DNA of 64,000 nucleotides from positions 96,001 to 160,000 of the IMG/VR virus record IMGVR_UViG_3300021256_000002. One strand, 5' to 3'. Below the pieces are notes generated by a model. It saw nothing but the letters and a program-made list of their open reading frames with translations. It searched no databases and was not told the DNA's origin. This DNA comes from a virus. Its lineage: Duplodnaviria; Caudoviricetes. This document shows positions 9,444 to 19,223 of this stretch, piece by piece (the stretch's first letter is position 1; each line of letters opens with the position of its first letter). The translations under genes and the position numbers were made by a program.

Positions 9444-12107
9444 ATGATTCTTTTAGATAAAGTGAATAGAGAAGATGGAAATATCGACCTTCCAGTGCAC
9501 GATATTTCTTTTGAATCTAACACACCAAAGATTGAAGATTTCACGGATAATATGGCTACCTTCATCAAAGGAGCATATGAATCTGTGAAAGATACGAGTT
9601 GTAATAATAATATCATAATGGAAGCATCGCTTGATGCAAATAAGTTTTCAACTAAGTTTTTCACTGCTGTCAAGTCGGAGTATAGAGACAATATCACCAA
9701 TCTCAGAAATAAAGCTGCTAGGGATTTGACTGAAGCCGCTAAGAAATACCAGAAGATTATTACTAATCAAACGATTATGAATAATCTTCATGATATCACT
9801 CTTAAAGGCTTCAAATATACTACGAGTGATAGCCATTTCACAACAGACGGACTTTCTGAAATCATGTATAAAGCAGAACAAGGCGTTGCTGCTATTGAAT
9901 CTTCAAATTCTGATTTCAGCGCATTTGCCAACTACTATTGTGGGATGATTGGTACTGAAGAACAGTACGCAAGACTTCGTGGTATTCTTGTAGGTAGAAA
10001 TTTCTGTCCTGCTGATAGATACGGAGATGAGCTCTTTAAGTATTTCCGTAATGGAGAAAGTAGACCATCTGAGATATCTTTCAGAGAAAAAGATATCTAT
10101 GACGTCAAATGGGCACTGAAAGATATGCGTATGAGTCTTGATGAGTGTGAACGTGAATATCAGAAGATTGCTGCGATGATTGATAATATCATCACATATG
10201 TAAACACTCAACCAGTTGTACTTGCAGATAATCTTTCTATCCTGAAAGCTCAAGCTGCTGGTACTCCGTATGTGAAATACAAAGTATTCCATGTAGACGG
10301 AGAAGTATGGGATAGAAACCAGAAGTACAATGCTCTGGCTACGATATATTCCAGAACAAATGCTGCTCTCAGAGGTTGCTTGAGTATTCTCAATAAGTTT
10401 GTTATTGCTAAGCTGAATGCTCTCAATGCAGCTGCTAAGATGTATGACCAGTATTTCAGTAAAGTACTTGGAGCTAAATCTATTTCTGAGTCAACTGATG
10501 TTCGTACTTGGTATGATTATCTGGATGAGCATTTCGAAGCGTTTGATGAACGTTTTGAGAATCAGATTCTTGAAGCGTATATCACAGAACTCCATACTCT
10601 CAGTAATGGTTTGATGAAGGGTAAACTCTTGTACGAAGCTGGTGGTGTTGAAGTAAAGGCTACCAACGTAGCAGCAAATCGTACTGGTTCTGGTGGTGGA
10701 GTATTTGGTGCTCTTGGAAACTTCATCCAGAGTATTTTGAATTTCATCAATGAAATGCTTGGTAAGTTCGTGAATAATATCAAAGGTCTTGAAGGAATGT
10801 CTCAGGATCTGGCGAATGATGCTCAGTATCTAAAGAATATTCCCGAAGAGCTTTTGAATGATATGACTCTCACATATCCAGACCCGATTGATAATGATTC
10901 TTTCAGCCGTCTGGCAAGCCATGATATTCCTATCGATAACAAGAATTTCGATGCTATTGCTGATCAAATTGCAAATCAGAATATCACCAAAGACCAAGTA
11001 TATCCTACGTACTTCAAGGAGTTATATAGGATTAACAATAACGACTATAAAGAAGCAGCGTATAGATATTATCATGGTCATAATGAGAAAATTACAAAGA
11101 AATTGATGGGTAAAGATCATGATGGTGGTAACTATATGAAGGTTGCTAAAGGTAAAGCTTGCTTGGAAGAAATCAATCGAATGTTTAACTACTGTATGAA
11201 CCTTCAGCCGTATGCTGCATCTTGTCAAGCTACAATGGATAAGCTCAGACAGCAGATAACTAAGCACTCCAAGCAACTTGACCGACTTAAACGTGAAGCT
11301 GGTAACATTGAAGCGGATAAGAATAGAGCAGAATACCAGCAGAAAGCTAAAACTGCTACTATATCTGGTCCGGTTCAGCAGACTGCAAACGCGATGGGTG
11401 TAAAGGTAACAACGAACTCATGGGCTCCAAGTTTCTCGATGTTGGAAGACGCTCCAATTGAAGAGAGCACCTTACGTGATTACCTTGTAGACCAATTTGG
11501 TATTCCTATCGTATTTGAAGCTCCGACTGCAATGGGTAACACTGCGATTGCGAATAGTCCTGGTGTGTCTATTGGAACAAGTGCTAATCCAGCACCAGCT
11601 GTTAATAGTGGTGCTCCAGCAGCTGCTGCTACTAAAGCTATTAACCCACAAGGTGGTCAGGCTAGTACAGGACAGAGTGTGAACCAATCGGTTAATCAGG
11701 TTCAAGGTAAACCTGGTGCACAACCTCAGCAGAAACGTGATTTTGACCAAGAGTTGAATACGAATAAACAAGCTCAGGAAAAAGCTCGTACTATCCAGAT
11801 GGTATACCATATTGCAGTAGCTGTTGCTGCTCAGAAGATGTCTGTTACTGAGAAACTCTTCAAGGATTATTATAACATCCTTAAAGGGGTAGCTGCTAAA
11901 GTTAAACAGTATCATGGTATCAAGGAAGACGAAGCTAACGAAGCTGATCGTCGTGCTAAGGTTGAACAGAACCGTCAAGACCAACTTAGCGACCTTGAGC
12001 ATAAACGTCAAGTCAATAAAGCTAATCGTAAAGCTATCGACGCTGGTAAACAAAAAACTGGTGGCTTGCTAGGATTAGCCAAATGGATTACCGTTGGTCA
12101 TCGGTAA
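9444..12107 (+). CDS. Large putative internal head/virion protein
   Basis: RBS before MILLDKV; late promoter at 9399-9410; several x-x-E sites (SFES, IMEA, ISES, LYEA, VFEA); Q/P/A-rich region. Confidence 0.55.
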   Translation: MILLDKVNREDGNIDLPVHDISFESNTPKIEDFTDNMATFIKGAYESVKDTSCNNNIIMEASLDANKFSTKFFTAVKSEYRDNITNLRNKAARDLTEAAKKYQKIITNQTIMNNLHDITLKGFKYTTSDSHFTTDGLSEIMYKAEQGVAAIESSNSDFSAFANYYCGMIGTEEQYARLRGILVGRNFCPADRYGDELFKYFRNGESRPSEISFREKDIYDVKWALKDMRMSLDECEREYQKIAAMIDNIITYVNTQPVVLADNLSILKAQAAGTPYVKYKVFHVDGEVWDRNQKYNALATIYSRTNAALRGCLSILNKFVIAKLNALNAAAKMYDQYFSKVLGAKSISESTDVRTWYDYLDEHFEAFDERFENQILEAYITELHTLSNGLMKGKLLYEAGGVEVKATNVAANRTGSGGGVFGALGNFIQSILNFINEMLGKFVNNIKGLEGMSQDLANDAQYLKNIPEELLNDMTLTYPDPIDNDSFSRLASHDIPIDNKNFDAIADQIANQNITKDQVYPTYFKELYRINNNDYKEAAYRYYHGHNEKITKKLMGKDHDGGNYMKVAKGKACLEEINRMFNYCMNLQPYAASCQATMDKLRQQITKHSKQLDRLKREAGNIEADKNRAEYQQKAKTATISGPVQQTANAMGVKVTTNSWAPSFSMLEDAPIEESTLRDYLVDQFGIPIVFEAPTAMGNTAIANSPGVSIGTSANPAPAVNSGAPAAAATKAINPQGGQASTGQSVNQSVNQVQGKPGAQPQQKRDFDQELNTNKQAQEKARTIQMVYHIAVAVAAQKMSVTEKLFKDYYNILKGVAAKVKQYHGIKEDEANEADRRAKVEQNRQDQLSDLEHKRQVNKANRKAIDAGKQKTGGLLGLAKWITVGHR

Positions 12108-12179
12108 ATATTCATATGAAGATACGATTCAAGTCGTATCTTCATATTTTCGACCAATAAATAAGGTAGGTGAAATCTA

Positions 12180-14000
12180 ATGGCTAAGATATCTAAATTC
12201 GGAGGTGTTGGTGGAACTGGTGGTAGTTTCAACCTTGGTAGCATCTTCGGAGGAAATAGTCTTGGAGGACTAACTAAAACATTAGCAATTGCATCTGGTA
12301 TAACGGCTCTATTAGGAGCATTAACTAAAGCAAAATCAAATTCTTCGATACAGAATTATCGTTATCGTTATAATGTAACGAAATTTCAAATGATATTCCC
12401 TGGAGAGGAAGCAGAACCAAAAGAGATTATCGGAAATGCTATCAAGATGATAACTGCAACTTGGTTGTATGATGAGTGTATCCATCCTACGTTAGAAATG
12501 AATGTAATGCTTCCTCCGAAGTTGTATAATAAGATAATTGATAATAAGGATAAAGTAAAAGCAGTACTAAGAATTCAACGTACTGCATATGATGAAACAA
12601 ATAGTCCGGTTGTAACCAAAGACTGGATAAATGGTGAGTTTGGATTCATTCTCGATAATGAAGTTAAGTATACTGAGGAACAAGCTCATGATGAGAAATC
12701 AAAACAAGCTCCAGGAGAATACAATGAAGCTGACTATAATACTCCATTCAATCTAAGTCTTTGGAAACAAAATGATTTGGATGCTATGCGTAAGGTAGTC
12801 AATACCATCGTAAATAATGCTGATGTTGGTACAGCAATGCGAACGGTATTTGGTGAAGCTAACTTCAATAAGATAGTAATGTCCCCGTTGGATAATAACG
12901 CCAAATACGACCAGATAATCATCATGCCAACAAACTTGATGAATATACCTGATTATTTTGAAAAGGCATATGGGACTTATTATACAGGTACTCAGATGTT
13001 TTGTGACTTTGATAGATTATATATCTTGAGTAAGAATGGTATATGCGATGCGTTTGAGGATGGAGAGTATAAGCGTACCATTTTTGTTATCAAAGGTTCA
13101 CAAGACCCTGATAGTAAGAAAGCTGGTACTGCTGAAGATAAACAATCTAAAGTATACTACATGTACGTGAATACTGGTGATGTTGATACTCAAACACCAT
13201 CAAGTAGTTCAGACTTGATTGAAGGTAATAACGTAACTATCATCAATAGCAATTCCAATCAAACAATGGAGGTTGGAGGTGCTGGTAATCAGAATGGTGC
13301 TGGTAATAATAGAGTAATCACGGATAACTACGGTAATGACTTCAATAAGTCAACTGTACTAAGTGATATCAACGAAAAGAATGGTGAAGTTACCGTATAT
13401 ACATCAGACTACAATCTTGAAGCTCTCACTCCAAACAAAGAAATTTTGGTAGTATTTGAAGAGAAAGATAAGCAGTCTAAGAACGGGTTCTATCGAATCA
13501 AATCCTCTACTGCTATATTGGGTAAGGAAGACCATGATTTGATGTCAACTGGTAAACATGTTCTGGTATTCAAACGAGCACTTACGTCTGATGAAAGTAA
13601 TCAGATTTTGGTTTCTATAACTAAAAAGAATAACCTCAGTAATATCGGAGGTGCGAGTAATATTGGCTCTAAAGCAATGGATACTGCTGGTGGTAGTGGC
13701 TCAAGTGGTGCAGCCGCATCTGCTAATAACGTAATAGAAGATAAGGTAAAAGCACCTATACCAAGATTCCAAGGAATGGATGCTGAGGAGATAATCTCAT
13801 CAACGAATGTGACCCCAAATGATGTACCCAAGAACCCAAACTTTAATTATGATGACTTGGGTAATGTTAAAGGTGTTGATATTCCTGAGTATAACCGTAT
13901 AACTGAAGATGATGATAATTCTGTCCGTAGAGCGAAACAAGAAGCTCAAGCTAAGTTACTTCCTAGTGAAACTCCTCAACCAAGAAAGTTGATAGGATAA
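12180..14000 (+). CDS. Putative tail/baseplate hub-like structural protein
   Basis: 606 aa with Gly-rich N-terminus and beta-rich core; late-gene context. Confidence 0.4.
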   Translation: MAKISKFGGVGGTGGSFNLGSIFGGNSLGGLTKTLAIASGITALLGALTKAKSNSSIQNYRYRYNVTKFQMIFPGEEAEPKEIIGNAIKMITATWLYDECIHPTLEMNVMLPPKLYNKIIDNKDKVKAVLRIQRTAYDETNSPVVTKDWINGEFGFILDNEVKYTEEQAHDEKSKQAPGEYNEADYNTPFNLSLWKQNDLDAMRKVVNTIVNNADVGTAMRTVFGEANFNKIVMSPLDNNAKYDQIIIMPTNLMNIPDYFEKAYGTYYTGTQMFCDFDRLYILSKNGICDAFEDGEYKRTIFVIKGSQDPDSKKAGTAEDKQSKVYYMYVNTGDVDTQTPSSSSDLIEGNNVTIINSNSNQTMEVGGAGNQNGAGNNRVITDNYGNDFNKSTVLSDINEKNGEVTVYTSDYNLEALTPNKEILVVFEEKDKQSKNGFYRIKSSTAILGKEDHDLMSTGKHVLVFKRALTSDESNQILVSITKKNNLSNIGGASNIGSKAMDTAGGSGSSGAAASANNVIEDKVKAPIPRFQGMDAEEIISSTNVTPNDVPKNPNFNYDDLGNVKGVDIPEYNRITEDDDNSVRRAKQEAQAKLLPSETPQPRKLIG

Positions 14001-14029
14001 AAGAAGAGAAGCATTCGCTTCTCTTCTTC

Positions 14030-14215
14030 TTACAGTTTCTGCTCATACATTTTTCTCTGAGCAACCTGCTTTGCACGGACCACGCTCATGTCATCATCTT
14101 CAGGGTTAATCCAATTCCCAACTTCCTTAATCTCAGCTGTTAAAGAAAGCGAGGTATTTTCTTTGGTTGCCTGAATAATGTTTCCATTAGGGTCCATTAT
14201 GTAATTTATATCCAT
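14030..14215 (-). CDS. Small protein similar to the C-terminus of the adjacent 606-aa protein
   Basis: GGGAGG RBS; INPEDDDMSVVRAKQVAQRK versus ITEDDDNSVRRAKQEAQAK. Confidence 0.7.
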   Translation of the reverse strand: MDINYIMDPNGNIIQATKENTSLSLTAEIKEVGNWINPEDDDMSVVRAKQVAQRKMYEQKL

Positions 14216-14250
14216 ACAAATCATCCTCCCTTTACATTGTAGTTGGAATT

Positions 14251-14290
14251 CCTAAAAGTTCATATAAATAAATATATATTATATTGGTAG
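14251..14290 (+). promoter_or_regulatory. Extended early promoter
   Basis: CCTAAAAGTTCATATAAATAAATATATATTATATTGGTAG. Confidence 0.75.
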
Positions 14291-14384
14291 ATGAAGAATA
14301 GAATCCACCTTCATTCGCTAAGATAGCTTATTGGATTCCTCCCTCAACACGTACAGGGAGAGTATTACTATAGGAGGTAATACT
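14290..14384 (+). ncRNA. Candidate structured 5' leader RNA (copy B)
   Basis: See copy A at 5148-5240. Confidence 0.6.
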
Positions 14385-14705
14385 ATGTTACAGTCCACCA
14401 CCAACATCCAGGCCCGTATGGAAGATGAGCTGAATAAGCTCAAAGCGCTTTGCGCGTTCGGGCATGAGCGTAACCTTGCTATGCGTTGGATAGACGCACA
14501 CGGCAAGGTTAACGACATCTGGATCACCCGAATGAACGATTACGGGTGCGGAGATTTCATCCGTCAATCACTCGACGAAGTCTCTGAAGCTGAACGCTTT
14601 GGTGTACTCAGCGCATACCAAGCACAATGTGTTTATGGCGCACTTGTCGCTATGTACAGAAGTTCGAACTATCTGCAGCATTGCAGAAAGTTCGGGATGA
14701 AGTGA
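14385..14705 (+). CDS. Hypothetical early protein
   Basis: AGGAGG RBS before MLQSTTNIQ; terminator at about 14706-14741. Confidence 0.7.
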   Translation: MLQSTTNIQARMEDELNKLKALCAFGHERNLAMRWIDAHGKVNDIWITRMNDYGCGDFIRQSLDEVSEAERFGVLSAYQAQCVYGALVAMYRSSNYLQHCRKFGMK

Positions 14706-14750
14706 CAAAAAGAAAGCGGACTCTACATCCGCTTTCTTTTCTCTGTTCCA

Positions 14751-15179
14751 CTAACCGGAACAATTCTTTTGCAGAATTTGTTTGATGTTTTCACTCGCAT
14801 GATTGTACCAATCATCTCCACCGGAGAATTTGATTATACCATAATCAGCGTCGACCTTATCAAAGTCGAACTCGCCGTTATCGTATTGGTACTTCGCACA
14901 TACACTCGGAAGAAGATATACACCAGCTTCGTTGTATACAGTTGCAATGAATCCAAGAAGTCGTACTAACGATTCTATCTTGAATTCTGTCAATTCCGCA
15001 TGCATCATGGGATCTTCTTCTTTTGTTGCTTTGGTAACAACGAATACAGTGCTTGTATCTTCTATAACAAAGCTACCGTCTTTCTTGCAGCAGCAAATAT
15101 CGTTTTCTTCAAGATCCTCTTGTGATATGCGAATGAACTTTCCTTTTTTTGGACTATAAACGTACCATATTTTATCCAT
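14751..15179 (-). CDS. Hypothetical protein
   Basis: 142-aa ORF with RBS. Confidence 0.65.
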   Translation of the reverse strand: MDKIWYVYSPKKGKFIRISQEDLEENDICCCKKDGSFVIEDTSTVFVVTKATKEEDPMMHAELTEFKIESLVRLLGFIATVYNEAGVYLLPSVCAKYQYDNGEFDFDKVDADYGIIKFSGGDDWYNHASENIKQILQKNCSG

Positions 15180-15232
15180 AGGTTAATCACCCCTTTAGAA
15201 GAGTGTCTTAAGCCCTTATAATTCAATACGTT

Positions 15233-16414
15233 TTAGTCATTGAGAGCATTGAATACTTTGGTATCGTATTTCTTATCATATCTCTCAAGTTCCATTAGCA
15301 TGAGCGGATAATACTCGAAATACTTATCGTTCAATTCAGCTAACGCAGCGTAATCGTATTTGTTCTTCAGACGACCTAAGATATCTTCTTTCTGAGATTT
15401 GCTCAGTACCCTATACTGATATTCGAAATCTTGAACTCTGTATCCTCTAGATAAGTCATCAAGAAACACACTATTCTTGATTATATTTGGACTGGAGCTA
15501 CTTATTACTTCACAAAGATTATTGAAGCTCATTGTTTCTGGATCTTCATTAAAGATATATCCAACTTCATATAACTTCAACAGAGCTTTCTTGATATTTT
15601 TATAGCCTACTCCATATATACCTGGGATAGTACGTTTCTTTTCTCCTATAGTAGCTAGTATGAAAGGAAACAGTTTAGAATTCAATTCGAATTTATCATC
15701 TTTCTTCGACCAGTCATACTTATGGTCTAAAAATCTCATAAGATTATACTTGGTCAAGACGACTGGATAGTTCTTGTATTTTGTGATTACCAAGAAATTG
15801 TTATTCACGTAATTATAGTCGTAAATGTCTTTGGTAATCATGATATTCATGTTAGCTGGGAATACGTTTTCCACGAGAATGATATACGGAACAAGAGAAC
15901 TCTCAACGAATTTTGTTCCTACCATATAAACTCCATCAATGTATTCAGATATCAGCTCCATGAATGGAAGACACTCAGCAACTAAACCATTCACAGCGGT
16001 TCGTTCTGGGTCGAATAAACTTTCAACGAAGTACGACCGATAATCGTCTAATATAGCTGAGTTATTGAACTTGATATAATCATCAGGAATTTCGTTATAA
16101 TAATAAATTATATTGGTAGAAATTCTATGACGATTGAAATACTCTCTATAATGAGCAGCTACGTTGATGAAGTCACTCATAGCATTACGATATAAGCTTT
16201 TGATTTGCTTCTTATCTGCTTCCATAAGGAACTTCTCAACATCACCTCTACGGAGAGTGTAATATAAACTTTCTAAGCTGATAAAGATGTTTACGGTGTC
16301 AACTAGACGTTTATTCCCTTTGGTCATTTCAAGTTTCTTTCCGAACAGAACATCCATATCAACGTATTTAAGCTTGAATTGATTGATAGCTTTATCGAGT
16401 TTATCGTGCATCAT
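15233..16414 (-). CDS. 5'-3' exonuclease / flap endonuclease (T4 RNase H-like) homolog
   Basis: IPGIYGVGYKNIKK helix-3-turn-helix motif; PIN-like N-terminal strands. Acidic catalytic residues look partly degenerate. Confidence 0.5.
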   Translation of the reverse strand: MMHDKLDKAINQFKLKYVDMDVLFGKKLEMTKGNKRLVDTVNIFISLESLYYTLRRGDVEKFLMEADKKQIKSLYRNAMSDFINVAAHYREYFNRHRISTNIIYYYNEIPDDYIKFNNSAILDDYRSYFVESLFDPERTAVNGLVAECLPFMELISEYIDGVYMVGTKFVESSLVPYIILVENVFPANMNIMITKDIYDYNYVNNNFLVITKYKNYPVVLTKYNLMRFLDHKYDWSKKDDKFELNSKLFPFILATIGEKKRTIPGIYGVGYKNIKKALLKLYEVGYIFNEDPETMSFNNLCEVISSSSPNIIKNSVFLDDLSRGYRVQDFEYQYRVLSKSQKEDILGRLKNKYDYAALAELNDKYFEYYPLMLMELERYDKKYDTKVFNALND

Positions 16415-16447
16415 ATGTCTAACCGCGTCCTTTCGGAATATAGTAAG

Positions 16448-16750
16448 TTACTGGTCGATTGGTCGCATCGGAACATGCTTATATGTGTATGTATGCAGCT
16501 TCTCCCCAGTTTTCTTATCCACCTTATAAATTCTGGAGAAACTACCAAGCAACTTCTTACCCCATTCACTCGGAGATTTGGTTACTCGAAGAACTCTCTT
16601 TCGAATAACCGCACCACAATCAGTACACTTGGTGATTTCCATTCTTTCTCTCTTATCGAAAATTCCATCGTACGTAATACGAGTGTCAATGTACTTTTTC
16701 GTATTGAGATGTTTCTTGCAGGTCGGTTTATTTTTGATAGTCTTTTCCAT
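16448..16750 (-). CDS. Small basic protein, possibly Zn-binding
   Basis: CKKH and CTDC motifs. Confidence 0.5.
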   Translation of the reverse strand: MEKTIKNKPTCKKHLNTKKYIDTRITYDGIFDKRERMEITKCTDCGAVIRKRVLRVTKSPSEWGKKLLGSFSRIYKVDKKTGEKLHTYTYKHVPMRPIDQ

Positions 16751-16752
16751 TA

Positions 16753-17103
16753 TTAATCTTCCTTTTCTTCTTCTTTATTTTCTTCTAAGCCATACATTCT
16801 TTTACGATGTTCCAATTCATCTTCAAGAACTTGACTTGTACCATAACCGTTGGATACTAATATATCCGTAAGCTTATCGATTTCAAATCCAGATAAACTC
16901 ATACCCTTACTAACGATGATATCTTCTTCGTTAGCTGGATTGATTTTCAGATGACGAATGTCAACTGTTGTAGGGTTTTCTCCATTACGTGCAATGCACA
17001 CATATTTACCCCAAGTTGTTTTCTCATTAACTGAGATTGTACCGATGATTTTTTCGATTCTATAATCAAAATCATCCTCTTTCTTTTTCTTGGTATACGC
17101 CAT
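16753..17103 (-). CDS. PC4/YdbC-family ssDNA-binding protein
   Basis: IEKIIGTIS...WGK...GENPTTVDIR...SKGMSLS..EIDKL matches the YdbC/PC4 pattern. Confidence 0.7.
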   Translation of the reverse strand: MAYTKKKKEDDFDYRIEKIIGTISVNEKTTWGKYVCIARNGENPTTVDIRHLKINPANEEDIIVSKGMSLSGFEIDKLTDILVSNGYGTSQVLEDELEHRKRMYGLEENKEEEKED

Positions 17104-17186
17104 TGCCTACATCTCCTTTCATTAGAATACAAAAGAAGTGGAACCGATAATTCGATTCCACTTCTCTTTTCAAGCTATCACGGAAC

Positions 17187-17939
17187 TTACAGGAACTTCT
17201 TGATGTCCTTGTTCCGTTTGGACTTCTTCATGGTGCTGTCCTGAATCTTCTTCACAATTTCCATCGTGAATCTGTCAGTGAATCCACCATTACGCCCATT
17301 ACCATAATGCTGGCGACGGTCCTTCATAGTATTCGGACCCTTGGCGTCGTTGAAATCCAAGCTCCAGTCTAATCCAGAGCAAATTTCCTGATCAAGTCCA
17401 AAGAATCTGGACAGAATCAGCGGAGTGCTAAGGTTGCACTTTACGATACGCTCCTTCTTAGACCCAATCTTCCATTTAACCTTACCAGATTTACGGAAGA
17501 TTGCAACGGCGTTGTTCAACGCTTCATCAGCGCTCATCTCAACCTGCACCTTTTCGTTGTCATCGTGCAGAATAGCAGAAATCTGCTGAGATGCATAACG
17601 ATCGCCCACCATAAGACGATCTTTCCCATTTGCCTGAGACTTCTTACGTCTCGTCGGGGAATAGCCGATCGTTACCGTGAACGGATCGACTTTTACGTCG
17701 AGCTCCTTACGACGCATTGCGTTATTGAACTCGCTATTCCAGCGAATCTTCAACGCAATTTGGATATCATCGGAGTCCACATCTACGCCGTTCTGCTTGA
17801 AAACCTTGTAGATGAACTCCTCGATGTCACTCGAAGTGACTCGGAATACGCAGCCGATAGGACCAAGTCCTCCAGCATTGTACATGACCGCCTTTGTACG
17901 GTCTGCGACAGACAACTCTTTTCTGAAACCGCCCATCAC
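17187..17939 (-). CDS. Hypothetical protein with highly expressed codon usage
   Basis: 250 aa, RBS, early promoter at 18014-18030. Confidence 0.7.
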   Translation of the reverse strand: MMGGFRKELSVADRTKAVMYNAGGLGPIGCVFRVTSSDIEEFIYKVFKQNGVDVDSDDIQIALKIRWNSEFNNAMRRKELDVKVDPFTVTIGYSPTRRKKSQANGKDRLMVGDRYASQQISAILHDDNEKVQVEMSADEALNNAVAIFRKSGKVKWKIGSKKERIVKCNLSTPLILSRFFGLDQEICSGLDWSLDFNDAKGPNTMKDRRQHYGNGRNGGFTDRFTMEIVKKIQDSTMKKSKRNKDIKKFL

Positions 17940-18079
17940 ACGTTCATCTCCTTTTTAAATAAATTTATTTGTGAAGTCACAAATCAATACTGATTTGTTT
18001 CTTACACGCTAGAATAATATATGTTTGAAATTCATTTTGAAATATCGGATAATAGTTAAATTATCCGATATTTCTTCAT

Positions 18080-19123
18080 TCAAACTTTCCCTGACATTTC
18101 CAACATCTGAGTGTATACTTCATTTGCCCAACCTGGGTCAGAAGCATATATTGAATTGATGGAATACAGGGTTGTTCTGCCATGAGCAAAATACTCATTG
18201 GCAATCAGTCTACCCCAAGAGCGTATGCATTCTGATTTGGATGAATAACTACTTGCTGCACCTACATTGCTATCATATGCTGCGATTCCAAATAGATTGT
18301 TACGTTCTCTTGCCAGATACGAATTACCCCAACCGGATTCATGAGCTGCTAACGCTAACGTGAAGAGAGAGTTGATACCATACTCTTCTTCAATCTCAGC
18401 TGCTGCATACTCAATACCTTCCAATGAAGTTCCACGAGTAATTACACTGAGTTCTTCTGGTGTTAAGTTTGTTTTCTGTGTTAAGAATAATTGTACGTTG
18501 CGCGGTTTGTCTGTTATAGTACTACCCGTTTTACGTATCTTTTTATCAGCAACTACCTTGTAGTCTACTGCATTACTATCCACGTACCATTCTTTACCTT
18601 GAGCATCTTTAATCTTGAAGAAGCGACCATTGTAAATAGCCATTTCATTAAGCTTAATAACGCTAGGTATCTTGAAGGACTGGATTACTTCCGAATCAAC
18701 ATTCGGAATACGGTAAATCTTAATTAGACCATCCTTACCAAGCCCATTGATTTCAATATGGAAATCTTTTTGGAACTTGTTAGGGATGTCAACTTTATCG
18801 CCTCCTTGAATGTTTTCAGTTCCGTCCAACGCGACGAACTGATCTTTCCCGACTGACTTACGATATCCGTTTATCTTAGATATCGTAGCGTTGTCATTCA
18901 ACATACAGACAGTCAGTTTCTGTTTGGATGGAGTAGTTCCCAATGCAGGAGTTGCTTTTCTCAAGAACTCTTCACCTATCGATGTCTTGTCGTGGAGCTT
19001 TCCATCATTCAGATTCATCTCTGCTTTTGTTGCGTCGTTAAAGCCCGCAAATACCAATGTGGTAGTTAATAATGCGGCCACTACCATAAGCTTTCTGTAA
19101 CGACGATTCTTTACCTGGGTCAT
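18080..19123 (-). CDS. Secreted GH73 N-acetylglucosaminidase with SH3-like domain
   Basis: Signal peptide; AAHESGWGNS..A..RNNLFGIAAYD and YASDPGWA motifs. Confidence 0.85.
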   Translation of the reverse strand: MTQVKNRRYRKLMVVAALLTTTLVFAGFNDATKAEMNLNDGKLHDKTSIGEEFLRKATPALGTTPSKQKLTVCMLNDNATISKINGYRKSVGKDQFVALDGTENIQGGDKVDIPNKFQKDFHIEINGLGKDGLIKIYRIPNVDSEVIQSFKIPSVIKLNEMAIYNGRFFKIKDAQGKEWYVDSNAVDYKVVADKKIRKTGSTITDKPRNVQLFLTQKTNLTPEELSVITRGTSLEGIEYAAAEIEEEYGINSLFTLALAAHESGWGNSYLARERNNLFGIAAYDSNVGAASSYSSKSECIRSWGRLIANEYFAHGRTTLYSINSIYASDPGWANEVYTQMLEMSGKV

Positions 19124-19223
19124 TCTCGTTCTCCTTCCTATTAAATAGAAATTAACATCGAGTTACATGGTTGTTCCCATGTAACTCGAATATAATATAT
19201 AGCTGAAATTCGTTTTGAAAAAT

